DNA of 53,310 nucleotides from the IMG/VR virus record IMGVR_UViG_3300021502_000001, positions 1-53,310 of that record; one strand, given 5' to 3'. The notes below the pieces were generated by a model, which did not search any database, was not told where the DNA came from, and was given only the letters and a program-made list of their open reading frames with translations. Shown one piece after another: positions 12,001-18,241 of this stretch; the stretch's first letter is position 1, and every line of letters starts with the position of its first letter. A program made the position numbers and the translations under genes. Origin of the DNA: a virus (Duplodnaviria; Caudoviricetes).

Positions 12001-14345
12001 TTTGAAATATCAGCCACTCCTATGTAGAGATCTTTAAGTCCTTCGATTTGCGATATAGACATTCCTCTTAGCGCGGAAATAATTTTAGAGGGCATATCAC
12101 CGACATTAGTCTTTGAAGTTATATCGTCTATTTTCTTAGACGTATACGATTCTACTAATTCTGACGTAGTTCCTTCTTGTCCACCTAATTTACGTTTCAA
12201 TTGTTTTACATCTGCTATATCAAATCCCCATTGTCTGCCACCTTCTCCACCTATAAGTTTAAATATCTCTCTTGGATCTATAACACCCGCTTTTTTATTT
12301 ATTTGCCAATTACCTTTATTCTTTCCCTCATTAAATCCTGATTCTAATCCTTTTATTATATCAGACTGTAAAGCAAATAATGATTTAGATAAAGCATTTA
12401 CATTCGTTTGTATAGTGTCTTGTAACTCTTTACCATATTTTCCAGAATTATAAATATCAGGAAGTTTCTGCCCTTCAGGACTCCCCATTACATTTAACTT
12501 AGGGTACTCTACAGGTAATTTTTTATAAGTTTTATAGCTTTTTTTGACTTCTAAAATACGACTTTCAACTGCTGAGGCTAAACTATTAGTACCCTTTGCT
12601 ACAGCCTCGAATCCTTTATCTATTGGTTCGGCATCAGATACTTCTTTAGTTTTATTGTCAACTGCGGAAGCCAACCCCTCTATCTTACCAGCCAACTGTC
12701 TAAATTTAGTATCTATTTCTTTTTCTGAGCCAAGACCTTGTAAAGAAGAACTAACCATCGCATGAGCTTCTTTGGCCTGTGACACTGGTCCTCTTACAGG
12801 AGGTATATTAAGTTTTTGTAACTTTTCTAAATTTATACCTATACCTTTTATTGAGCTTTTTTGTAAAGCTTTATCCAACTCGCCTATTACATCCTCAATA
12901 TTAGTTTTTAAATCTACAGCTATATCAAATGATTTGGACTCTTTAAATGCGGATTCGATAGCTGCTGTAGTTTGTGTCTGTAACTCTTTAACAAACATAG
13001 CTACTTCTTTATCTATAAACCCACCTTTGGTAGGTTTTAATTCTACAGGGATCGTTATACCTTTTTTCTCTAAATCAGATAAGGTCTTTTTAATTTCTTT
13101 ATCATCTAAAACGACTTTTACAGTTTGTAATATCTTTTCTGTTTTAGTTGTAAACTTTTGTACTATAGAGTCTAACTTTTTCCATTGTGCAGAACCAGTA
13201 CCCTCACCTATGCTTTTTGGCAGTTCAGCCATAGATTTATTTAAAACAGAAACCATACTTACTAATTCTTTAATCTCTTGTGGGGATGTAGATTTACTAG
13301 ATACAGCACGTTTTAATTCTGTAGTTAACTCTTTCAACCCCTTTTCAAAATCAGGTATCTTTTCCAAAGATTTTATTAGGTTAACCATTGTTTTTGTTAA
13401 AGGTGTTGTACCTTCCACACCTTTAGCCTTCATAGTTTTAGATAAATCTAGTAAAAACTTCTTAAATAGTTGAGAGGGGTCGTCCCGAACAGTCTTATGT
13501 GCTAAGGAAACCTTAGAAGTGATGCGTGATTTTACGCCCGACAATGTTGATTTTAGTTCACTAGCTATTTCTGCTTGACTACTCGCCAGTTTAGTTGCTT
13601 CTACCGTAGCGGATTTAATTTCTTTTGCTATTTGTGGTAATAGTTTACCAATTTGTATAAAAGCTTTTATAATCGAAAAGAAGTCCGCTCCAGATTGTGA
13701 AGACCCAGTTCCTGGTTTACTTATTTTTTTTATTTCTCCAAGAGCTTTAACTACTTCTTTAGATAACGTACCTATTGTAGAAGACATCTTAGATAGTTCT
13801 TTTACTACGGTAAGGGTGTCTCTAGGGATTGCTTTTTTTACAGCGTTTGATATGGCAATTTCTAATCCGTGAGTGTCAACATCAACACCTTGTTTTCTTA
13901 ATGAGGATTCTATTTTTGCAATACTTTTTGCAATAGTACTATCCATAGTTGTTAAAGCTTTAACAACTATATCCGCATCTGATCTTCCTGTAACTTTCCC
14001 CCCGGACATTAAAGTCTTTTTTAACTGTGATACCAAATTATTTATTAATTCCGAAGTTGCGACTTTAATTAAAGAAGACATCTCTGATTTAGACATCCCT
14101 TTTGAACCTGCAACTGTAGACCCGCCTTTACTTGATACAACCTTTACTAAGGCCTTAGTGATCTCAGATTGCATATCGCTTGCCATTTTATTTGTCGATT
14201 TGTCTAAAACAGCAGATAATTTATTGATTGATTTGGGGGATATTTCTACATTAGATTTACCGCTTGTTCCTGTAGATTTTATTTTGGACACAGCACCTGT
14301 TGCACTGTCTGTTTGGGATATTATACGAATAGTCTTGTCTGCCAA
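1..14345 (-). CDS. Giant tape measure protein fused to a two-barrel (beta+beta'-like) RNA polymerase; 3' end lies beyond the window
   Basis: TTG at 14345 lies 6 nt downstream of GGAGGTG (alternative in-frame ATG at 14360). All segments I translated (14345, 10589, 10262, 9773, 8294, 7787, 7451, 6686, 5483, ~3700, 5) are in one frame. The ORF track lists no minus-strand ORF in 1-14377, as expected if this frame never stops. It follows the major tail and chaperone genes. Confidence 0.92.
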   Translation of the reverse strand, partial: MADKTIRIISQTDSATGAVSKIKSTGTSGKSNVEISPKSINKLSAVLDKSTNKMASDMQSEITKALVKVVSSKGGSTVAGSKGMSKSEMSSLIKVATSELINNLVSQLKKTLMSGGKVTGRSDADIVVKALTTMDSTIAKSIAKIESSLRKQGVDVDTHGLEIAISNAVKKAIPRDTLTVVKELSKMSSTIGTLSKEVVKALGEIKKISKPGTGSSQSGADFFSIIKAFIQIGKLLPQIAKEIKSATVEATKLASSQAEIASELKSTLSGVKSRITSKVSLAHKTVRDDPSQLFKKFLLDLSKTMKAKGVEGTTPLTKTMVNLIKSLEKIPDFEKGLKELTTELKRAVSSKSTSPQEIKELVSMVSVLNKSMAELPKSIGEGTGSAQWKKLDSIVQKFTTKTEKILQTVKVVLDDKEIKKTLSDLEKKGITIPVELKPTKGGFIDKEVAMFVKELQTQTTAAIESAFKESKSFDIAVDLKTNIEDVIGELDKALQKSSIKGIGINLEKLQKLNIPPVRGPVSQAKEAHAMVSSSLQGLGSEKEIDTKFRQLAGKIEGLASAVDNKTKEVSDAEPIDKGFEAVAKGTNSLASAVESRILEVKKSYKTYKKLPVEYPKLNVMGSPEGQKLPDIYNSGKYGKELQDTIQTNVNALSKSLFALQSDIIKGLESGFNEGKNKGNWQINKKAGVIDPREIFKLIGGEGGRQWGFDIADVKQLKRKLGGQEGTTSELVESYTSKKIDDITSKTNVGDMPSKIISALRGMSISQIEGLKDLYIGVADISKVVTTLSDIKKGVALPDVNLDKIVSESVSSEYELVNLFKQTFARIEAKRSMYVDELMRTVTLPAVKLTEKGTAVSETLHGSSKSVAKFATFESGFENLYKKIESAKIPVSRREDYVKSIKNISPNPIGEVLNEAKDVAKNLIKDVSKIEDVGGGTSGKQFIVKQYKQAAVMRGTEVQRSGVMDVEKFTKHIDDTIKKLSSEGNNSVDVFVDVLNKAGVSAYDVVKSLNKIDFENIYDMYRKVLLEGKSKSPIAVLSKKPVYTQSIRKYEQAIAQVEGLLPLDPGTPRRGAYQQDVVNLSTRTSPIYDAKDRLDPQESKNLIIGLNLALKDLYDEAALLDKITKQTGTVYERRKELPTGGQVSSLGLPESTASKIDEYRGKTDTGRAIDTLNTTMLKMYSGNLTEQSPFGKQFQQVGRNITNVTNAFGIAGKEGQFPKLRTKTEREFRDSGQVGTKGYGLNVIAELRNVSSTFEDQILISGKLAKALTEVTKILIRPSVGGKLSSTLEEDVMNSSVSDIKTGDLIKEAANKIQEVLGVTEQYEGRASEAFITEVKKTMVTLRGESVEVQSAKLAEKFMDYFGRKITTRYGSKGISIPSTNAVPNMASILATYGSKGVKVLPKDKAKEAGLGVAMMPKTKGKLLSDILEKSSAELGMTPKALQTLQTKLIDSGNKFILDIFKTKGVLVPEEILVQRGIFSGAKKVLSKLGVDLEDGLTELASIANINKIVSKYKEDIGPELYEQVPVDVRISSHGIAKRGLQTEAMELVMTNVAGGEGLTTMEDTLSPKVYKKLLGPDKKAGALSKYSSALGYTSSLKGAVGSEERNKSADELYKVLKVKFGSGNEEMARRAADLEAASSYYVNVIDEFGKERKSLVGGKFVEIIKETVQHPEWKKGDIKSGIKGEKLNLSALTAYSTIFGKDSSLMKEIKGSSGPDTGKHVEYLKALQIAGDVTRELSTELEKHLETVDISDIKAFENYSGTFQASSIEADDDESTLNNTIMDLQKYSKAFMVNLPTGKISESGEIEKKKFYIPGPLARGTYKEKLLPGEHSPEPVTRRIGHVINMAKQLQESLEHPENFLSDKAITGAVKNEVGNWIGRANRISGKQNALKPDTEAGIAELQSIFGKMYSVIPEGVEKESIDKSRLDYKEKARLGQTTTQKAMTNVIGKMGDFIKGGRNTQKVEGTLLGSSLREGTGAELLKSLDINVSGEGIEKQVNNLNRAKESYFKELASTALGKKGSVAEVFFTKKIPAYMSDATVASVDRTSELKDFSKELFFIEKGFVDKVGVDLGFLSSESKIMDEILKEHSENVSNLRKIGRPVLKQHEMGIPKEAAKKIPVTYKKRYKVDEGVVKDVKEPSVVKGSLYDILKQSEELRTATPSEGIDSDEIKKYIESELVPYIESVRFPFTGVSSVQPYKAKLLKTKGDLGKHTLTVPGIPEMDFDKFDTSINNIKEKIGVFSKETGGYTEGSLQFKREKAYETGDLESISNLTELINRLNTAISGVIPKYIAQQQKLDFDGDQIEIHSATLSAARRDIKKHFDSLSADTDSTSGVFRDAFTYDAMVQSTGKYPIAEMSKTSEKKFGAEKGFEFLKSPFLTKQLEYLKPSSQLEILGGRGDSDLKNILKSIVSDTVRGESTQDKVFKALTTVKPSEDISKYADNLVKSVDAVGKNISLIVKSAIKDRLYNVKFSDAISAQIFKLNTGLDFEGLNKVQRIGDNMLGFGGGMISDTSNYVPKEDFSEKWPDLKVLGGNAAKEFHTALNEIFRFAAQKGMDVKKAGEKPLASEIVLNLTQGRQGSAELWKKITTEKDYGDLKDFAAANEESIRRRAGGLPTETLRSELGSIQKGREEKISVDELGRSGLINELVEKVGFQGMLDQLSDEIYSESVKGLVTQAKSWAPTKRKKEGAFSDIQGWAEKKIKKQSQSDAGISISEAVVPVKAPLYGMRTSMANTNFEQVKYLGSSKGIPSQISKGMEGPFSTSSNFIKNLSESIKSEDIGAYTESIKSSFANIVNNQNLVSNLLRELSEESFDISKVDVSREGLVERVISGKDIPSMFKEVFEKNNISNIKSTVDQISSLAGVVRPPAAEGIKIESITLGKFAKHLTSSGVSEEDLAEKAAEMVEKAKLLARLDTAIGAIGSKVTDALFFGSSNSSYFEDLEGKVEKAQAGMPKPPKPNFGSKYATMRTFESPALEARGGGVMPPALGAGSGGVVSVNVIAIKEGLTIGIGSRRGVLQSSISKVESGKDSHTEETTAFESLKGNMGSMGSKGKNITEAMEKLKNTAYQEELDRYMVPPEIAGGSGIESLYNNIKAFHEQAKLYQEDIGVSFNEVFEKIPKSVSLEIKKASTSGPDYNEFIRKLDYFKNSPDLLSGGNTLKAWKLYKMAVGDFLMTQADRAKQDLASALVAGDSGSEIKAFTTLKRSINRMQEHVKRGAGKRTDVYTEDNKFIYPGLAEASGVYMPSKEIMKRASSPLEEDVELIKVYDNLIKDVSSGDALRAPIVKAREALEDLTNMDHRLVELITNAEIVERLGPQIQQAWDFTNISTKITRLRDSLERYGKTFELSGDATSEQKQNIKDLIGYFKNLENSYSKLDFSNTQPTGKKSWGQMDLMPVSKFEAPTSQLAKYTANVQNVREYFKRPEDEGGAKVGETFSYNTKVFTETGAVLKNVITDFKKYGESLDDNGSSVGMFTEKQKDLIGLMQASNVSFGRAVKRVVMWGAASTVVYGGVVKLKQSLSALSDIETSIAQLRMVMNPLSTDFTKMEKTAVSFAKQYGVDINEVLKSMKVFAQQGLSQAEVLDRAKTATLAANVTTLSARDATEALTASMKVFESEGGGALRFLDAWSEVEARHAITAGGLADAIKKSASAAKNAGFTFDQLNGIVAAIGSTTRQTGKEVGTSMRFIMRRLTAEKGPKKLAEFNIPVVTDEGELRPGFEILNELASAWKDLTNAQKLSISQAIGGTRQYNSVLVLMDHWDEALQAIQHSMDSKGSAERRNLELMKTYAKQLEQTKAAAVELQMSLGKVVLPIFKIGLKGMRLLFETITAIPKPLKIAGTSLALFLTYTAKGASIIDKLTGSLSQGSSVLGDFGKNLAKQFSMAKFEIFGKGSGRDVMGLKTLFPAKDINNNALTMGKGIDDFKSSLGKAVYVVKELGQTYNEFLGNSISGTAKVTNKIAGMFKSVGSFLTGGLVGGSAVKKSKGLFDLAKDQGLGKKEVSGLLKGGTKGLATLAKRSTIVASMAAGVGSAAIGETLESMSGGMGDAGRAFVAEWSTSTAGMSKSIAPLAATVLALLPVAKAVVGHYKRMLLSSQDYEKSMKSVLQSHEEELQMLGEIQGKYKAIEKRAKDVGKASDPKTKKHRMELGTYTSPLASSAKIQKDLINIGNELSDKNVDLIIGYDELGNAVLRSTKNFSSYINELKKLESIGMVGTNLKVLSKHVEDLTKVGGAEKFKYEFKELVTSAPIVGGVLGDKIKVSPAKVLKELTSKMNKLYDIKNKYPLSTAADDDIKKLQPHLKKARDMFKSVYSDVERVMKNITSEASIGGLDRDTIIKLFSDPELKKAYQLKVEIEPQFKLAKNIRRNVMGGSYSSNESFGADTKFVEELAAIFNNRPRTIEVMPSAEDVMGAELLRRLNKKSAIGIGDTAQFTKANLESAGISKRKQGEEIKSGDVALFMDQAALKYDMAGKQAIVKLKETTDGVYEWFIEYIDTKTLTPKEIRYSEVSNLVDSVFPVKQIQEELENNIDIINTFTAGAAAGIKGISKKDFKRDFNLGPRFFSDVPTSTLLQSSQGYTSKGGFGKVDFMKDWQKELKEFYIKPMGDLKSTISSYEKKTMEGLEGGSLSIAKGAYDEISKLLAVLNNNQSVIQFRAVIVDLMKEFEQADRVLKESIAVEKSRAEVVKTTAGLMRGTYRDIANMDMGVTKVQDLTPQQSLVRDDKGYRDSAKKILLLEKEYVAAQEKVFKVDRATVALDTLGSLGTGFGTTITKENFSDFM
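2750..3850 (-). other. TP901-family tape measure core domain within the giant ORF (approximate bounds)
   Basis: Translation ...DFTKMEKTAVKFAKQYGVDINEVLKSMKVFAQQGLSQAEVLDRAKTATLAANVTTLSARDATEALTASMKVF...LADAIKKSASAAKNAGFTFDQLNGIVAAIGSTTRQTGKEVGTSMRFIMRRL matches the usual PhageMin_Tail/TP901 pattern. Confidence 0.88.
6600..8400 (-). other. RNA polymerase beta'-like double-psi barrel region with catalytic DFDGD (approximate bounds)
   Basis: In order: LGKKGSVAEVFFTKKI (GKKG 8283-8294), LKQHEMGIPKEAA (8010-8027), VRFPFTGVSSVQPYKAK (R at 7785-7787), QKLDFDGDQIEIH (DFDGD 7437-7451). These are collinear with beta' KGKQGRFRQNLLGKR / LHQCGLPKKMA / NRAPTLHRLGIQAF / NADFDGDQMAVH. Confidence 0.88.
9250..10650 (-). 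other. RNA polymerase beta-like double-psi barrel region (approximate bounds)
   Basis: In order: GLNVIAELRNVSSTFEDQILIS (FED 10581-10589), GRKITTRYGSKGIS (10227-10262), PVDVRISSHGIAKRG (9732-9773), LVGGKFVEIIK, GEKLNLSALTAY. These are collinear with beta [23 protein letters not shown] / GDKMAGRHGNKGVIS / PVDIVLNPLGVPSRM / VGYMYMLKL / GQRFGEMEVWALEAY. Confidence 0.85.
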
Positions 14346-14377
14346 AAGTTGCACCTCCATTAATATTGTTAAAAAAT

Positions 14378-15391
14378 TTAACCACGTTTAGTTCGTTTCT
14401 TTATCGAGGTCTTATCTTTTATTCTTTGCGCTTCTCTTGGTGTATCATAATTTATGTCTTGATAAAGTTCATTTGATTTTGTAACTATTACTTCTTCTTT
14501 ATCAAAAGCGGACAATTTACTGGGGTCTGATGATTTTGATTTCCTATAAGCATCTTGTCTTGTACGTTCATCATAATATGCGGCCATAAATGCGTCTAAA
14601 ATTTCATCATCTTCAATTACATTTTCAGGCGGTCTTTCATCTGGCATCATTTCATATATACTCTGATAAAAATTAGACCAATAAGCCAAACTAACCATAT
14701 CTACAGTATATTCTGCCGATGGTATTCCAAATAATGGATCAGACGTTTTTTGACTGCTTATATACCTTATCCTCCATAAACTACTTCTTGCGATCTCACG
14801 TATAATTTTAGAATCCATGCCTCTATAAAATTTAATAAATTTAAACAAAATTTCGTCTCTTAAACTCAACCCTGTCTCTAACAACATATCTGCATAGGAT
14901 TTCCAAAAAAGTTTACCACTGTCATTATACGTGCACCCGGCACACAAAAATAAAAGTTTATCCTCCTCAGCTTTTACATCAGCCGATAACATCATTTTAG
15001 ATATTTTTTTTATTCTAATCTGATGAATTTGTAAATTTAATTTACTAATTACTTTCTTTATTCTGTCTTGATTTGCTCTAACTTTTACAGTTTTTGATAA
15101 CAATATATTTTGAGCTTTTAACTTGTTTTCAAGTTTAATTAGATTCTCAAAATCTTCTTTTGTTATTACATTACGCTTATTTAACAAATCCTCTAATTCA
15201 TTACATGGTAATAACCCAATATTAATAGCCTTTTTATAGGATTCATCATATACCTGTGAGCCTTTTAATATTGTGTCTATACTAGGATATTTAAACATTA
15301 TTAAATCATCCGTATCTAAACATATATAATCTTTTCCAGAGAATATTTTATACATATAGTTCTCTAGGGCCTCTTGAGATAAATCCTGCAT
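14378..15391 (-). CDS. Putative tail assembly chaperone (pre-tape-measure protein)
   Basis: 337-aa ORF directly upstream of the TMP gene. C-terminal 'YEMMPDERPPENVIEDDEILDAF' resembles chaperone-type proteins of large phages. Function inferred mainly from position. Confidence 0.5.
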   Translation of the reverse strand: MQDLSQEALENYMYKIFSGKDYICLDTDDLIMFKYPSIDTILKGSQVYDESYKKAINIGLLPCNELEDLLNKRNVITKEDFENLIKLENKLKAQNILLSKTVKVRANQDRIKKVISKLNLQIHQIRIKKISKMMLSADVKAEEDKLLFLCAGCTYNDSGKLFWKSYADMLLETGLSLRDEILFKFIKFYRGMDSKIIREIARSSLWRIRYISSQKTSDPLFGIPSAEYTVDMVSLAYWSNFYQSIYEMMPDERPPENVIEDDEILDAFMAAYYDERTRQDAYRKSKSSDPSKLSAFDKEEVIVTKSNELYQDINYDTPREAQRIKDKTSIKKRTKRG

Positions 15392-15414
15392 TCCAATCCT
15401 GTCCTATGCGTATA

Positions 15415-15442
15415 AGGTGCACCGCACGATAATGGTGCACCT
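15415..15442. promoter_or_regulatory. Intergenic stem-loop (9-bp stem)
   Basis: AGGTGCACC-N10-GGTGCACCT perfect inverted repeat between the two chaperone-like genes, with no clear U-tract. Confidence 0.5.
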
Positions 15443-15452
15443 GTATTATTAT

Positions 15453-16112
15453 TTAGATTTTTTTCTTTTTGTCTTCTTTAGACTCTACGGATTTCAATAC
15501 CTTATTGGCTTCGTCTTCCAATTCTTGTATTGCTATTGCTTCTGGTGTGGTGCTAAGAAAATCTGAGTCCAACCCTTGCAGATAAAGCATCACCTCAAAT
15601 CTTGCTTTTAACGCCAAAACTTGATTTTTATCCTCTAAATAAACATCATAACTTTCCCATACTTTAGTTCCAGAAACATCTTGTACCATACAAGCTGTAA
15701 GAAATTCTAATCTGACATCGTCAGAAATTTGTTCTGCTGTATTAGATAATGGACCATTTAATCGTTGATTCCACTGAAACAAATCATTTCTACATTTTTG
15801 AACAACCAAGGCCAACTCCCGTTTTTCTTCTGGACTCTTGGATACTTCCAAAAGTAACACATTACTATTTAAATTATTTGTTAATTCTTCAGACCTTTGC
15901 TCAAAATCTGAACCTATGATACCTCTTCTTGTTAATATATCTATCATTTCAGCTGTAGTTGTTATCCCTTCTACTAAACACCTAGTATATGTTCTACTGT
16001 ATTGCCAATCCGCTTTACGTACATCATCTGCAGTAGCTGTGGCTATATAATATTTTTTTTCAGTTTCATCGTCTACAAATTTCCGCCTGTCATCTTTTTT
16101 TATATCAATCAT
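15453..16112 (-). CDS. Putative tail assembly chaperone
   Basis: 219-aa acidic helical protein with GGAG RBS, located between the major tail gene and TMP. Weak resemblance to the N-half of the next ORF (...FLTACMVQDVSGTKVWESY vs ...FLCAGCTYNDSGKLFWKSY). Confidence 0.5.
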   Translation of the reverse strand: MIDIKKDDRRKFVDDETEKKYYIATATADDVRKADWQYSRTYTRCLVEGITTTAEMIDILTRRGIIGSDFEQRSEELTNNLNSNVLLLEVSKSPEEKRELALVVQKCRNDLFQWNQRLNGPLSNTAEQISDDVRLEFLTACMVQDVSGTKVWESYDVYLEDKNQVLALKARFEVMLYLQGLDSDFLSTTPEAIAIQELEDEANKVLKSVESKEDKKKKI

Positions 16113-16132
16113 TTTATACTCTCCTTTACCTA

Positions 16133-16375
16133 TTAATGTTTAAATTGAATTAATTCTTCCATAGTAGGAATAAATTCAACTTCATATTTATCTATATCAC
16201 GTTTTAAATTCCTAATACAATCGTTCCCTGATCTTAATATTTTTGATCTTAATGCCAAAAATACATCCTGTGTTGGACATGCAACTTGAGCATAATCAAG
16301 TGCAGTATGAAATAATTTAGTTACCTCAGCAGTCATATCCTTTTTTAACTTATCCTTACTCCTTATATTACTCAT
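16133..16375 (-). CDS. Hypothetical protein (80 aa; start corrected to MSNIRSK)
   Basis: ATG at 16375 is preceded by GGGAGGGT. The longer track start at 16435 lies inside a terminator hairpin. Confidence 0.7.
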   Translation of the reverse strand: MSNIRSKDKLKKDMTAEVTKLFHTALDYAQVACPTQDVFLALRSKILRSGNDCIRNLKRDIDKYEVEFIPTMEELIQFKH

Positions 16376-16402
16376 AAAAAACCCTCCCAACCTATTAATA
16401 TT

Positions 16403-16438
16403 TAAAAATTGTGGTGAGGCAAAAAACCCCACCACAAT
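16403..16438 (-). terminator. Probable intrinsic terminator after the major tail gene
   Basis: Minus strand ATTGTGGTGGGG-TTTTTTG-CCTCACCACAAT followed by TTTT. Confidence 0.65.
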
Positions 16439-16452
16439 AAATAATTTATAAA

Positions 16453-17982
16453 CTATGTGGATCGCCTTACAATATCTTCAGGGGCAATTCCGTCTATATC
16501 ACCTTTAACTACAAATAAATCATTTGTAGATCTAAAACCAAAGGTCTGAGTCATATTAGCACCAATATCCAAAGATGCACCTTCATCGGTTATCTTAAGA
16601 TTTTTAATTACTACAGTTTTAAGTGCATACTCGGTATCTCCAATGGAAGCATATGTTGACATAGCCCCATTCAAGAAATAAGTACCGCCAGCAGCGGTAA
16701 TCTGACGATTTGTTCCAGTACCGCCAGCTTCCTCATCTGTTTGTTCAAATATTTTAACAACCAAACAAAGATCATCTTTGCTCATCAAATCAGATAATGC
16801 TAATTGAGGCTCAACATCCTTATCTTTACCAGCAAATTTTGCCCAATTTTCAAGATCACCTGCTGTAGAATCAACAGTAACAGTAATCGGTATAGGCAGG
16901 GTCAAAGGACGATCATAAGGACCAAGATGCCCCAATTCAGCCAAAGGCTCACGAGTAAGATCAGCAGAAATAGTACAACCAGTCAGACGCCATGCGTTCG
17001 CATATGTTCCACCGTCAGAAATATAAATTTCTACTTGTCCCTGTCTAACAGCACCTAAATTTTCAGGTCTATCGCTATCGCTAAGTGCTTCAAAATATTT
17101 ATTAGAAACACCTGTACCATAACCGTCAGCAGAATAAATTATTTCTAATCTATCATTATCTTCAGGTTTAAGTGCCCCTGTTGGGAAATAAATCCTATGA
17201 TAGGTGCCTTCATCATGATACACATATGTATCTATTGCGGCTGCTGTACCTGCTACAATTTTTACATTAACCATTTCATTTTCACTTGAATCATAAAGCG
17301 AAACTGCAGGACTACCATCTGAAGTTTTACGTAAAAATCCTATACCTACAGCTAACTCAGCTATCTCATTAGTAGATAATAACGAAAGCTCTACATAAGT
17401 ATCTGTTCCAGATACGGTAAAAGAATCGTAATTAACAAATCTACCCTCATTAAGTAGCCACATTTTATTATCTGTTTCAGCCCCATAATTTTCAGTAGCA
17501 TTTGCCCCTGTAGTATAACTAAATTCTAAACTATTAACATAAACCTCATCAAGAAACAATGTTTGATCTATATTTTTAGCAAGTGTACCAAGATCGCATT
17601 CACTTTGTACTGGTGCCCAAAGAGTTACCCCAGGCAAATTACCACATATAACAGCAAAATCAGCTAATGCTACACCGTGCAGCATAGTAGCACCCGCTTC
17701 AAGATTCGCATTTAAGGATGTTGCTGTCGCACTCATCTCTCGTTTAACTGGAGCGATTTGTGCTAATATTGCTAATGTTAAAACATCTCCAAAATCATTG
17801 GTATTCAACGTAACCGCAACTGCAGGAACATCATCTACTACGTCTACAATAGCTAATGTTCCAAGTTGGAATATATCTTCGCTGGTAAAAGTTGTAGTAG
17901 TACCTAAACTCTGTACTCTATACAACACATCACCATTGACCCATACACTTTGAGATGCATATATAATTCTATTTCGAGCCAT
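16453..17982 (-). CDS. Major tail (tube) protein
   Basis: 509 aa, beta-rich and acidic, with N-terminus MARNRIIYASQSVWV. Strong AGGAGG RBS, long leader and downstream terminator. Lies between the tail completion genes and chaperones/TMP. Confidence 0.7.
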   Translation of the reverse strand: MARNRIIYASQSVWVNGDVLYRVQSLGTTTTFTSEDIFQLGTLAIVDVVDDVPAVAVTLNTNDFGDVLTLAILAQIAPVKREMSATATSLNANLEAGATMLHGVALADFAVICGNLPGVTLWAPVQSECDLGTLAKNIDQTLFLDEVYVNSLEFSYTTGANATENYGAETDNKMWLLNEGRFVNYDSFTVSGTDTYVELSLLSTNEIAELAVGIGFLRKTSDGSPAVSLYDSSENEMVNVKIVAGTAAAIDTYVYHDEGTYHRIYFPTGALKPEDNDRLEIIYSADGYGTGVSNKYFEALSDSDRPENLGAVRQGQVEIYISDGGTYANAWRLTGCTISADLTREPLAELGHLGPYDRPLTLPIPITVTVDSTAGDLENWAKFAGKDKDVEPQLALSDLMSKDDLCLVVKIFEQTDEEAGGTGTNRQITAAGGTYFLNGAMSTYASIGDTEYALKTVVIKNLKITDEGASLDIGANMTQTFGFRSTNDLFVVKGDIDGIAPEDIVRRST

Positions 17983-18229
17983 ATATTTTCCTCCTAAATT
18001 AAATTTTAACTCACAACTTAAAAACTTCTTTTATTTTTTACACATTCAGGTTAAATCTCTATACATTCCGTTCCCATTATTTAAAAAAAATAATCTACAA
18101 TAATTATAAATTATAATAGTTTGTTACATACATTATTATTGTGTACCAAGCAATAATAAAATTCATATTAAAAATAATAATCTATAATTTTGCTTTTGAA
18201 TATGATTTAATATACCCCATTATATTACA

Positions 18230-18241
18230 ATAGTTAGTTTA
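18230..18241 (-). promoter_or_regulatory. Conserved motif TAAACTAACTAT (candidate late promoter), copy 1
   Basis: Overlaps the stop of the upstream gene and precedes the ~250-nt AT-rich leader of the major tail gene. The same 12-mer occurs at three other gene boundaries. Confidence 0.5.

Noticed and set aside
574-14391. Plus-strand ORFs of 60-233 aa in the first 14 kb
   Set aside because: They are antisense shadows of the giant minus-strand ORF: S/L/F-rich, with no recognisable motifs.
15392-15480. Programmed -1 frameshift at the A-rich end of the 219-aa chaperone (AAG AAA AAA ATC) with downstream hairpin
   Set aside because: The -1 frame is not the frame of the 337-aa gene and stops at a TAG shortly inside it. 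The +1 frame hits TAA immediately, so no G/GT-type fusion results.
16376-16435. N-terminal 20 codons of the 100-aa track ORF
   Set aside because: They overlap the terminator hairpin and the RBS; ATG 16375 is the better start.
16453-17982. Contractile tail sheath identity for the 509-aa protein
   Set aside because: No sheath motifs recognised and no separate tube gene follows; it fits a tube protein with an inserted domain better (not confirmed by search).
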